A stretch of 64,000 nt of DNA, taken from NCBI GenBank assembly GCA_963707215.1, contig CAVPPB010000001.1, positions 640,001-704,000 of the forward strand, given 5' to 3'. This stretch comes from an uncultured Chloroflexia bacterium. GTDB taxonomy: Bacteria > Chloroflexota > Limnocylindria > Limnocylindrales > CSP1-4. Made by a program: the position numbers and the translations under genes. Position 1 is the first letter of the stretch. Each line of letters starts with the position of its first letter. Positions 42,033 through 51,242 of this stretch are shown here, piece after piece. The notes under the pieces were generated by a model. The model was not told the DNA's origin. It worked only from the letters and a program-made list of their open reading frames with translations, and did not search any database.

Positions 42033-43907
42033 TCAGCCCAGCGGGATGAGGACCAGCGAGTCGACCGCTACGGCCCCGAAGAGCAGGGTCAGGTAGCTGA
42101 TCGAGAACTTGTAGAGGCGGACCGCCCCGTCGGTCGAGGCCGGCTCCGCTGAACCCACCCGCCAGAGGCCGTACGACTGCCAGAGGAAGACGGCGCCGAG
42201 GGCGACCGCGGCGGCGAGGTAGATCAGGCCCATCCGGGCGACGGCGAAGAAGACCAGGCTGATGGCCACGAGCAGGACCGTGTAGAGGAGGATCTGGCGG
42301 GTCGTCTCGGCGACCCCACGGACCACCGGCAGCATCGGCACGCGGGCCGCCTCGTAGTCGCGCCGGATCCGCAGGGCGAGGGCCCAGAAGTGGGGCGGCG
42401 TCCAGTAGAAGACGAGGGCGAACAGCAGCAGCGCCGGGACGCCGACGTTGCCGGTGACCGCGGCCCAGCCGATGACCGGCGGCAGGGCCCCGGCGGCCCC
42501 ACCGATGACGATGTTCTGGGGCGTCGTCCGCTTGAGCACCAGCGTGTAGACGACGACGTAGAAGGCGATCGCGCCGAGGGTCAGGAAGGCCGCCAGCAGG
42601 TTGACGAACCAGGCCATCAGGACGACCGAGATGACGGCCAGCACCAGCCCGAAGCGGAGGGCCGCCTCGGGGTCGACCCGGGCGGCGGGCAGCGGTCGCC
42701 GCCGGGTCCGGGTCATCAGCAGGTCGATGTCGCGGTCCAGGTACTGGTTGATGGCGTTGGCCGCGCCCGCCGCCAGCGTCCCGCAGACGAGCGTCCAGAC
42801 GACCAGCCAGCCCCAGTCGAGCGGCTCGATCCCGGGCACCTCGCGGGTCGCCAGGACCATCGCCGGGACCGTGGTGATGAGGAGGAGCTCGATGATCCGG
42901 GGCTTGGTCAGGGCGACGTAGGCCCCGATCGTGTCCCGCAGTGACGGCCCTTCGGCCGCCTGGGTGCCTTCGACGCCCGGCTCCGACGCTCCGGTGGCGG
43001 TTTCCCCCGGGTGCGCCGACGCGGCCGTCCTGGCCGCGTAGTACGACAGCGCGGCGAGGCCGACGAGGGCTCCCCAGATGATCGCGCTGAAGGCGACGTG
43101 AAGGACCTGGGTCCAGCCCGCCAGCCCGGTCAGGACCTGGAGGCCGCCGACGATGACCTGGACCCCGTAGAGGATCCCGGCGACGGACGCCAGCTGCACG
43201 AGCCGGCGATCGGTCCGCTGGGTCCGCCAGGCAGCGAACCAGACCGCCAGGACGACCAGGCCGACGAGGCCAGCGATCCATCGGTGGAGGACATGGGCCG
43301 AGGTCACCTCGGTCAGCGGCGGGAACAGCGAGCCGCCCATGAGGGGCCAGTCGGGGAAGATCAGGGCCGCGTCGGTCGCCGTGACGTGGGCGCCGAACAG
43401 GAGCAGCGCGTAGACCGAGGCGGCCCCGAAGACGGCCAGCAGGGTGAAGCGCTGGCTCCGGCCATGACGCGGCAGCCGGGCCGGGAAGCCGGCCCGCACG
43501 TACAGGAACACGAGCAGCCCCAGGAGGGCCATGGCCGCCGCCAGGTGGGCCGTCACCGACTCGCCGCTGTTGCCGAGCCGCACGGTCTCGCGTCCGAGCC
43601 AGGCCTGGAAGGCGACCAGGACGAGCGTCCCGACCGAGCCCCACAGGATCGACGGCCGGTCCCGGTGGTCGACGACGGCCAGGCCGACGAGGCCGAGGAT
43701 GAGGAAGCCGATGACGACCGCGATGGCCCGGTGGATCCACTCCAGCCAGGCCTTCATGTCGTCGAGGGGCGGCACGATCTGGCCGTAGCAGAAGGGCCAG
43801 TCGGGGCAGCCCAGCCCGGAGTCCGTCGCCCGGACGATGACACCCATCGTCACGAGCAGGAACGTCGCGACGATCGAGGCGGCGGCGAGCTTCTGGTAGC
43901 GGGTCAA
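42033..43907 (-). CDS. ctaB: fused heme A synthase (CtaA/COX15) - heme O synthase (CtaB/CyoE)
   Basis: GCPDWPFC, EWIHR, then LTKPRI, DRDIDLLMTRTRRRPLP, WTPPHFWAL; TTG start with AGGAGG SD. Confidence 0.92.
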   Translation of the reverse strand: MTRYQKLAAASIVATFLLVTMGVIVRATDSGLGCPDWPFCYGQIVPPLDDMKAWLEWIHRAIAVVIGFLILGLVGLAVVDHRDRPSILWGSVGTLVLVAFQAWLGRETVRLGNSGESVTAHLAAAMALLGLLVFLYVRAGFPARLPRHGRSQRFTLLAVFGAASVYALLLFGAHVTATDAALIFPDWPLMGGSLFPPLTEVTSAHVLHRWIAGLVGLVVLAVWFAAWRTQRTDRRLVQLASVAGILYGVQVIVGGLQVLTGLAGWTQVLHVAFSAIIWGALVGLAALSYYAARTAASAHPGETATGASEPGVEGTQAAEGPSLRDTIGAYVALTKPRIIELLLITTVPAMVLATREVPGIEPLDWGWLVVWTLVCGTLAAGAANAINQYLDRDIDLLMTRTRRRPLPAARVDPEAALRFGLVLAVISVVLMAWFVNLLAAFLTLGAIAFYVVVYTLVLKRTTPQNIVIGGAAGALPPVIGWAAVTGNVGVPALLLFALVFYWTPPHFWALALRIRRDYEAARVPMLPVVRGVAETTRQILLYTVLLVAISLVFFAVARMGLIYLAAAVALGAVFLWQSYGLWRVGSAEPASTDGAVRLYKFSISYLTLLFGAVAVDSLVLIPLG

Positions 43908-44107
43908 CGGGCCTCCTGGCGCCGTGGGGAGCGGCGCGGGTCGGATCGGGCGAGCGGGACGCCGCTGGCGGGCCGGGCGGGACGCGACGGGCGCCATTCT
44001 AGCCTGACCGGACCCCGCCACCCCGGGAGGCTCCGGCCGGGTCCGATGCCACGACTCGCGCGGCGGGGCCGCCAGCGCCTTCGTCGATGCCCGTCTACCC
44101 TGTCGCC

Positions 44108-45088
44108 ATGCGACCTCGGTCTCCCGTGCCCCTGCGCGCGGCCGCCCTGTTCCTCGCGGCTGCCTTCGCGGCGGTGGGCTGCACATCGGCAGGCGGTCCC
44201 GGCTCACTCGACCCCGAGCCCTCGCCGTCGGCGGCCGCCGACCCCTCCGCAGCGTCTTCGCCGGGCGCCTCCGGCCAGCCGAGCGTCCTGCCGGTCATCA
44301 TCAGCTCGGAGCAGGTCGTCGGTACGAACCGGCTCATCTTCTCGTTCCTCGACCCGAGCGGGGCCCGACCGGTCGCGACCGCAGATCGGACCGCCAGCGC
44401 CCGGCTGTGGCCGGATGCCCGCGGCGAGGATGCCGCCGTGTCCACCGAGGGCCGCTTCCTGTGGGCCATCCCGGACGTGACCGGCGTGTACGTGGCCTAT
44501 GTCGTCTTCGAGGAGGCCGGACCGTGGACGGCGGAGTTCACGACGAGCGTGGCTGGGGGGCCGGAGGAGATCCTCCGCTTCGGCTTCGACGTCCAGGAGA
44601 CTGGGTTCGCCAGGCGCATCGGCGACACGGCGCCGTCGGTCCGCACGCCGACCCTGGCCGACGTCGGGGGCGACGTACGCCTGCTTTCGACCGACACCGT
44701 GCCCGTGGAGCGCTTCTACGAGACGTCGGTCGACGAGGCCCTGGCCGACCCTCGCCCGTTCGTCCTGGTCTTCGCGACCCCGCTCTTCTGCACGAGTACG
44801 ACCTGCGGCCCGCTGCTGGAGCAGGCGAAGAAGGCCGCGGCAGCCCACCCGGACCTGACCGTCATCAACGTCGAGCCGTACCGGATGGAGTGGAAGGATG
44901 AGCGCCTGCAGCCGATCCTCGGCGACGCCGGTCAGCTCCAGCCGGTGGAAGCCGTCGTGGCCTACGGCATCCTGTCGGAGCCCTGGATCTACGTGATCGA
45001 CGCCGAGGGCCGGATCGCGTCCGTGTTCGAAGGAGTCGTCGCGGACGACGAGCTCGAGGCGGCCTTCGCCGCCGTCGATCGAACCTAG
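44108..45088 (+). CDS. lipoprotein with C-terminal thioredoxin-like domain
   Basis: Lipobox AAVGC; FATPLFCTSTTCGP; EPWIYVIDAEG. Confidence 0.75.
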   Translation: MRPRSPVPLRAAALFLAAAFAAVGCTSAGGPGSLDPEPSPSAAADPSAASSPGASGQPSVLPVIISSEQVVGTNRLIFSFLDPSGARPVATADRTASARLWPDARGEDAAVSTEGRFLWAIPDVTGVYVAYVVFEEAGPWTAEFTTSVAGGPEEILRFGFDVQETGFARRIGDTAPSVRTPTLADVGGDVRLLSTDTVPVERFYETSVDEALADPRPFVLVFATPLFCTSTTCGPLLEQAKKAAAAHPDLTVINVEPYRMEWKDERLQPILGDAGQLQPVEAVVAYGILSEPWIYVIDAEGRIASVFEGVVADDELEAAFAAVDRT

Positions 45089-45115
45089 GCTCGCCCGCCC
45101 GATCCCCCGGCGGGC

Positions 45116-45733
45116 TCAGCCGTCGAGCGGCCGCCCACCGGCACAGCCCGGGCAGGTCGCCGGTCCCGGCTCCCACGGCCCCAGCTCGGGGCGCCACCAG
45201 GCCAGGAGCTCGTAGCGCCGCCCCGAGGTCGGCGACGTCAGCACGGGTCGCTCGGCCGAGCCGGCCACCAGGACCGCGCAACCGACCACCTGGCCACCGA
45301 CCCGCTCGATGGCCCCGATCGCGTCGCCGAGCCGCTCCCGGTCGAGGACGTCGGCCACGAGGAGGACCCGTTCGCCCGCCGCGAGAGCGAGCACGTCGGC
45401 GACCCCGGCGGCGGCCAGGGCCGCCCGGACGCCGAGCTGCCGCGCCGTCTCGAACGCCAGGACGAGCCCCGGCCCGGGCAGGCCTGCGACGACGTCGACC
45501 ATCGCGGTCCCGCCGGTGTCGCGGTGAAGGCGAGCCCAGAAGGCGCACAGCTCGCCGGCCGCGACCGGGTCGAGGGCGATCCGCAGGCCGTCGACCGCCA
45601 GGCCCGAGTGGCGTCCGTCCTCCATCGCGACGTGCGGCTCGGACACGGCTCCCGAGGCACGGAGGATCGCCTCGGTCCGGGCGGCCAGCACCGCCCGGGC
45701 TGCCGCATCGACCGACCGGCGGGTCGTCGTCAT
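45116..45733 (-). CDS. PyrE-like phosphoribosyltransferase with degenerate PRPP motif
   Basis: GRHS, LAFETARQLGVR, GERVLLVADVL, C-terminal CPGC; lies after pyrD. Confidence 0.7.
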   Translation of the reverse strand: MTTTRRSVDAAARAVLAARTEAILRASGAVSEPHVAMEDGRHSGLAVDGLRIALDPVAAGELCAFWARLHRDTGGTAMVDVVAGLPGPGLVLAFETARQLGVRAALAAAGVADVLALAAGERVLLVADVLDRERLGDAIGAIERVGGQVVGCAVLVAGSAERPVLTSPTSGRRYELLAWWRPELGPWEPGPATCPGCAGGRPLDG

Positions 45734-45743
45734 CGCCCGTGCC

Positions 45744-46901
45744 TCACGGTCGGTATTCGACGCCCCGGGCGGACGGCGGGCTCGCTCGCTCGGGCAGCGC
45801 CGTGCCGACGAGCGGGCGGTAGCCGTCGAGGCCCCGGCGCCGACACTCGTCGGCGAGCTCGTCGGCAAGCCGCACCGGCAGCATGGGATCGGCCAGGGCG
45901 GCCGTCCCGATGCCGACGGCGCTCGCCCCGACGGCCAGGAAGTCGAGGACGTCGTCGAGTCGCGTCACGCCTCCGAGCCCGATGACCGGGACGTCGACGA
46001 CCTGGGCGACCTCGAAGACGACGCGCAGGGCGATCGGTCGGATGGCGGGACCGGAGAGGCCGCCGTATCCCATCGCGACGGCGGGCGCGGTCCGGTCCTC
46101 GGCCACCGCCAGCCCGGCCACCGTGTTGATGGCGCTCACCGCGTCGGCCCCCGCCTCGACCACGGCCCGAGCCACGACCCGGATATCGGCGGCCTCGGCC
46201 GAGAGCTTGGCGATGATCGGCAGGGTCGTCGCCCGGCGGACGGCGGTCACCGCGGCCGCGGCGGACCCGGGCTCCAGGGCGAACCGCATGCCGCCACGGA
46301 ACGGTCGACAGGCCAGATCGAGCTCCAGGCCGGCCACCCCGGGGACGCCGTCGAGGCGTCGGCCGAGCTCGCCGAAGTCGCCGGGCGAGCCGGCGGCGAG
46401 GTTGACGACGACCGGGGTCCGCCAGCGGGCCCAGACCGGAGCGTAGCGCTCGAGCACGACGTCGACGCCGGGACCCTGGAGACCGACCGCGTTGAGCAGA
46501 CCGGCCGGGGCCTCGACCATGCGGCGGCCCACGTTCCCGGGCCGGGCCTGGAGGGTCGTCCCGCGCGTGACGATGGCGCCGATCCGCTCGATGTCGACGG
46601 AATCGGCGAGCTCCACGCCGAAGCCGAACGCGCCGGCCGCCCCGACCAGGGGGTTCGCCAGCGCGAGCCCGCCTCGCTCCGGGGCGAGATCGACGGCAAG
46701 GTCGACCGGCCCGCCGATGCCCGACGCTCCCGGCTGATCCGTCTCCGCCGGACCGGGCCGTCGGACGTCGGGGGTCCCCGAGGCCTTCGGACGGCTCTCG
46801 CGGGGCGCCGGGACGATCGCGCTGCGGATCCGCCGGACCGTCGGGGTCCGTTTGCCCGGTCGTCCCCCGGACGTTGTCACGACGCGCCGCTTCGCCTTCA
46901 C
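45744..46901 (-). CDS. pyrD: dihydroorotate dehydrogenase class 1B catalytic subunit (divergent)
   Basis: NP..GAFG, LNAVGL, AINT, GGLSGPAI, IGLGG; several active-site substitutions. Confidence 0.8.
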   Translation of the reverse strand: MKAKRRVVTTSGGRPGKRTPTVRRIRSAIVPAPRESRPKASGTPDVRRPGPAETDQPGASGIGGPVDLAVDLAPERGGLALANPLVGAAGAFGFGVELADSVDIERIGAIVTRGTTLQARPGNVGRRMVEAPAGLLNAVGLQGPGVDVVLERYAPVWARWRTPVVVNLAAGSPGDFGELGRRLDGVPGVAGLELDLACRPFRGGMRFALEPGSAAAAVTAVRRATTLPIIAKLSAEAADIRVVARAVVEAGADAVSAINTVAGLAVAEDRTAPAVAMGYGGLSGPAIRPIALRVVFEVAQVVDVPVIGLGGVTRLDDVLDFLAVGASAVGIGTAALADPMLPVRLADELADECRRRGLDGYRPLVGTALPERASPPSARGVEYRP

Positions 46902-47750
46902 CAGGCGACCTCCCAGTCGAGCTCCTCGGCGCCGAAGCCCGGGCCCTCACGGCAGGTCCGCAGCTGCTGGCCGCTCGTCCCGGCGACGACACAGCCCAGG
47001 CAGGCGCCGGCCGCACAGCCGATCGCCTGGTCGACGAGGACCAGGAGGTAGGCTCTTCGACGGGCGGCGGCGGAGCCCGGCGGGTCGGACCGCCCGCCCC
47101 CGCGCTTCCGGCCGAGCTTGGCCACGCCGAGCCGGCCGCGTCGTCCGGCGGCCAGCCGGGCCAGGGCCTCGAGTACCGGGCGCGAGGCGGCGGCGAACGC
47201 CTGATCGGCCCAGGCTTCGTACTCCGGTACGAGATCCACGACGTTACCGTGGTGGCCGAGGCCGCCGTCGGATGTGGCCACGACGTACTCGACCTCGTCC
47301 GGCAGGAGGGACGAGGGATAGACCTCGCCGGCGGTCGGTGCCCCCAGCAGGACGACGACCTGGCACCCGTCGGCCAGGGCCTCGTCGACGAGCAGACGGA
47401 GCGACGCGACGCGCTCCCCCTCCGCGATCAGCAGCAGGTGGCGGCTCCGGGGATCGCGCTCGAGCGGGCGACCGAAGGGGCCGTGGAGCTCGGCCGGGTC
47501 GCCGGGACGCAGCCGGGCGAGCCAGCTGCTCGACCGATCCGGGACGACGATCGAGACGACACCCGCCGCGCGGTCGGCGCCCTCGATCGCGAACGGCCGA
47601 CGGAGCGGCGGCCCGACCCCGTCGTCGACGATCACGTGGACATACTGGCCGGCCCGGGCGGCGGCCGCTACCGCAGGGCGCGCGGTACTGCTGGCGCCAG
47701 CGGCCCGGGAGGATCTCGCGACGGTCGACGAGGTCGGCCGTCGGGCGCAG
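46898..47750 (-). CDS. pyrK: dihydroorotate dehydrogenase electron-transfer subunit (frameshift near 47677)
   Basis: AGQYVH, LRRPFAI, GPFG, CAAGACLGC, CREGP; N-terminus LRPTADLVDRREILPG lies in another frame; no canonical start found. Confidence 0.75.
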
Positions 47751-47760
47751 GCGACCGCGG

Positions 47761-48627
47761 TCAGGCGGAGCCGTTGCGGTCGCCGTCGCCGTCCTCCGCG
47801 CTCTGGTCGAACTCGGGCGCGACCTCGGGCCAGCCCTCGGCGATCGCGTCGGCGATGTCGCCGAAGACGTCGGTCGGATCGTAGAACTCGACCAGGTCCT
47901 CGGGCCCGGTCAGCGAGCGCCACTCGCCCTCGGCGTCCTCCGGGATCACCTCGGCGCGCAGGGAGCCGTCCTGGCGGAGGATCAGTCGCTCATCGTCGTC
48001 GTCGACGACGATGAGGTCGCCGAGGAACGAGCTCGCCGAGCCGGCCGCGACCTCGAACTGCTCGAGCAGGTCTGCCTCGCTCCGCTGGCTGCGCTCCTGG
48101 AACTCGAGGGCGAGGTCATAGATCCTTCGGGCGGCGCTGTCGGCATCGGTGGGGGGCTCGGCCTGCCGTCGCGCCCAGGCGTCGGCCGCCTCGGCGTAGG
48201 CGGCCGCATCGGCGACCGTCTCGGCCGGCGAGATGCCGGCCACGTCCAGCAGCTCGTCGGTGGCCGTCGGCTCCGGCGCGATGCCGGCCGACTCGCGGGC
48301 CGCCTCGGCGAAGGCCTGGTAGAGGTCGGCGGGGTTGTAGAGCTCGACGAGCTCGGCCGCGCTCTCGATGACCTCGGTGTCGCTCTGCCACTCGCCGGTC
48401 GAATCGTCCAGGTAGCGGGCGCGGCTCCTGAAGGTCAGGTCAGGAGCGACCGAGAGGTAGTCGGGGTCCTCGTCGATGAGGGTCAGGCCGCCGAGCTCCT
48501 CCAGCCGGGCGCGGTTCGCCTCCAGGAATCGCTGGAGCTGCTCGGTCGCCTGGACGATGGCGTCCTGTCGTTCGAGGGCGGCGTCAGCCGCGAGCTCGCC
48601 GAGCAGTGCGTTGCGGGCGTCTGCCAT
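47761..48627 (-). CDS. acidic hypothetical protein with internal duplication
   Basis: SD AAGGAGG; two repeats GEW...LVELYNPAD and GEW...LVEFYDPTD. Confidence 0.8.
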   Translation of the reverse strand: MADARNALLGELAADAALERQDAIVQATEQLQRFLEANRARLEELGGLTLIDEDPDYLSVAPDLTFRSRARYLDDSTGEWQSDTEVIESAAELVELYNPADLYQAFAEAARESAGIAPEPTATDELLDVAGISPAETVADAAAYAEAADAWARRQAEPPTDADSAARRIYDLALEFQERSQRSEADLLEQFEVAAGSASSFLGDLIVVDDDDERLILRQDGSLRAEVIPEDAEGEWRSLTGPEDLVEFYDPTDVFGDIADAIAEGWPEVAPEFDQSAEDGDGDRNGSA

Positions 48628-48645
48628 CGCGGTTCGCCTCCTTCG

Positions 48646-48972
48646 TCAGCCGTGGTACTCGAGATCGGGACCCATCCGCTCGCGCAGGAACATGGAGTGA
48701 TGCCGCTCGAAGATCCACTCCCCGGCACGGTGCCCCAGGACCCGGGTCTCCTCGTCGGCCTCCAGCTTGTCGAGCGTCGCGTAGTCGGGCAGGTCGAAGA
48801 GCATGACGTTGTCGAAATCCCAGCCATGGGCGACGTTGTACCAGCCCAGAAAGCGGATCCCGAAGCGCTCCTCGTAGTCGCGGACCTGCTTCGGGAACTG
48901 GGTGCGCATGAACGTCTTGAAGAACGGGTCGCGGCCTCGGCGAACGGAGAAGAAGGTCGCGAGCACGGGCAC
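48646..48972 (-). CDS. small hypothetical protein (possible dimeric alpha-beta barrel)
   Basis: SD GGAGG; strong GC3 codon bias; FLGWYNVAHGWDFD. Confidence 0.75.
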   Translation of the reverse strand: MPVLATFFSVRRGRDPFFKTFMRTQFPKQVRDYEERFGIRFLGWYNVAHGWDFDNVMLFDLPDYATLDKLEADEETRVLGHRAGEWIFERHHSMFLRERMGPDLEYHG

Positions 48973-49040
48973 GGGCGGGTGTCCTCCAGGCGGCTGGACT
49001 GCGACGTCGCCGTCCATTGTCGCACGGCGACGGGAGCCCC

Positions 49041-49502
49041 TCAGCGCTCGTCCGGCGGGTCCGCCGCTGGTCCGTCGGTCCGGCGCTCGTCCTCGAGCTC
49101 GCCGACCGTCCTGGTCGAGCTGGCCAGCGGGCGCCGCCGGCCCTCCCGCCGGTCGGCGGCGACGAGCCGCAGCAGGAAGATCACGGTCTGCCCGGCGAAG
49201 AAGAGCAGGCCCAGGGTGACGATGAGGAGCGCCGCGCTGACGACCGAGGGCCAGCCGAGACTGACGCTCAGCGGCGTCAGGACGACGAAGACGACGAACA
49301 GGGCCACCTGGATCCAGAAGCAGCCGAGACCGGGGCCCCTGGCCGGGTCGAGATCGGCGCCCTTGTACTGGACCTGCGGTGAGGAAGGATGCGGGGCGGC
49401 CGCACCATCGCCGGATCCTTCGGCGGACGTGGGCGCGGCGGGGTCGACCGGGCCGGTCTCGGGAGCGTCGGGTACGCCGGATGCGGACGATGGCTCGGTC
49501 AC
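49041..49502 (-). CDS. 2-TM hypothetical membrane protein
   Basis: Two hydrophobic segments; TAGAGT 7 nt upstream of the GTG. Confidence 0.7.
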   Translation of the reverse strand: MTEPSSASGVPDAPETGPVDPAAPTSAEGSGDGAAAPHPSSPQVQYKGADLDPARGPGLGCFWIQVALFVVFVVLTPLSVSLGWPSVVSAALLIVTLGLLFFAGQTVIFLLRLVAADRREGRRRPLASSTRTVGELEDERRTDGPAADPPDER

Positions 49503-49592
49503 GCCCCGGACTCTACCCGGAACCGCCCGGCCACGCGTGTCTGGTCGACCGGTCGCCCATCGAGGTCCGCTGCCCGGCTACCATCGGCGGCG

Positions 49593-51195
49593 ATGCCCGG
49601 ACCCGACCCCTTCGACCCGATGGACCCGCGAGCGGCGCGTGCCGACGAGGTCGACGACTTCCTGCAGCGCTTTGCCTGGCACCCCGAGCCCGAGCTCATC
49701 GGGTTCCGCTACGCGTCGGCCTCTCGCGAGGCTCTCGCCCGGCTCGGCGAGGCGGCCTGGGCGGCCGGTCTCGACTACCTCTTCGACGAGGCGCTCCGGC
49801 GGGCCATGGGCGAGCCCGTCGGCTACGCCGAGCTGCGCCGCCGCTTCTTCGGCGAGCGCAACCGTCCGACGGCCGCTCCGCGCGATCCGACCACCAGCGG
49901 GGCCGTCCTCCGCGAGTTCACCGAGCGGATCGCCCCGCATCAGCTCAACGCCTACCACCCCCGCTCGTTCTCCTACTTCACGCCGCCGCCGCTGCCGATG
50001 TCGATCGCCGGCGAGGTCCTGACCCAGTGGTCGAACCAGGGGATCGACGTCTGGCACGCGGGGCCGGTCGGCGCCTTCGTCGAGGAGGAGGTCGTCCGCT
50101 GGCTCTGCGAGCTGGTCGGCTACGACGAGGAGAGCTTCGGCCTGCTGGCGTCGGGAGGGGTCATGGCCAATTTCATGGCCATGGCCCTGGTCCGCGACGT
50201 CCACCTCCGGTCACTGCTGGATCCGGGCCCGCCGCCGCGCGGTGGTGCCCTCGAGCGCGTTCGCTTGTACGCGAGCGACCAGACCCACTTCTCGGTGGGC
50301 CGGGCGCCTCGATGAGCTCGGCTTTCCGCCCGGGACCCTCGTCGTCGTGCCGTCCGACCGGCGCTTCCGCCTGCAGGCGGGACCGGTCGCGGAGGCGATC
50401 GCCCGGGACCGCGCCGCCGGCCTGCTGCCGGTCGCCATCGTCGCCGTGGCCGGCTCCACGAACACGGGCTCGGTCGACCTGGTCGAGGAGCTGGCCGACC
50501 TGGCCCGTGCCGAGGACCTCTGGCTCCACGTGGATGCCGCCTACGGCGGCGCCGCCCGGCTGTCCGACCGCGACCGGGACCGGGTCCCGGGCCTCGATCG
50601 GGCCGACAGTGTCACGATCGACCCCCACAAGTGGTTCTTCCAGGCGTACGACGTCGGCGCCCTGGTCGTCCGCCGTGGTCGGGACCTGGTCGACACTTTC
50701 CACCGTTCGCCCGAGTACTACCGTGGCGGCAGCGGTGATCTCCTGGGGACCGACGAGCCGCTCAACTTCTACCAGCTCGGCTTCGAAGGGACCCGGCGCT
50801 GGCGGGCCCTCAAGCTCTGGCTGTCGTGGAAGCACCTTGGGACGCGCGGTCTCGGTCGGCTCGTCGAAGCGAACGACGACCTCGCCGCCTACCTGGCCCG
50901 GAGGATCGCCGAGAGCGACGACTTCGAGGCCGAGCCGGTCGAGCCTGAGCTGTCGGTCGTCTGCTTCCGCCACCTGCCCGGTGGTCGGGCGGGCGCCGCG
51001 ACGATCGAGCCGACCACCCTCGACGCCCACCAGGACCACCTCCAGGGCGCGCTCGAGGCATCGGGCGACGGCTGGCTATCCACGACCGTGCTCCGGGGAC
51101 GGACCTACCTGCGGGCCGGCATCGTCAACTACCTGGCCACCGAGTCGGACGTCGATCGGCTGCTCGATCGTCTCCGCGGGTTCGCCGAGGGCTGA
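49593..51195 (+). CDS. group II PLP-dependent decarboxylase (frameshift near 50307)
   Basis: HPRSFSY, SGGVMAN, SDQTHFS | GSTNTGSVD, HVDAAYGG, DPHKW, RALKLW; extra C in GCGCCTCGAT. Confidence 0.88.
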
Positions 51196-51242
51196 CCCGG
51201 CCCGGGGACCGTTCCGCACGACCGGGGTAGCCTGTGGGTCCG

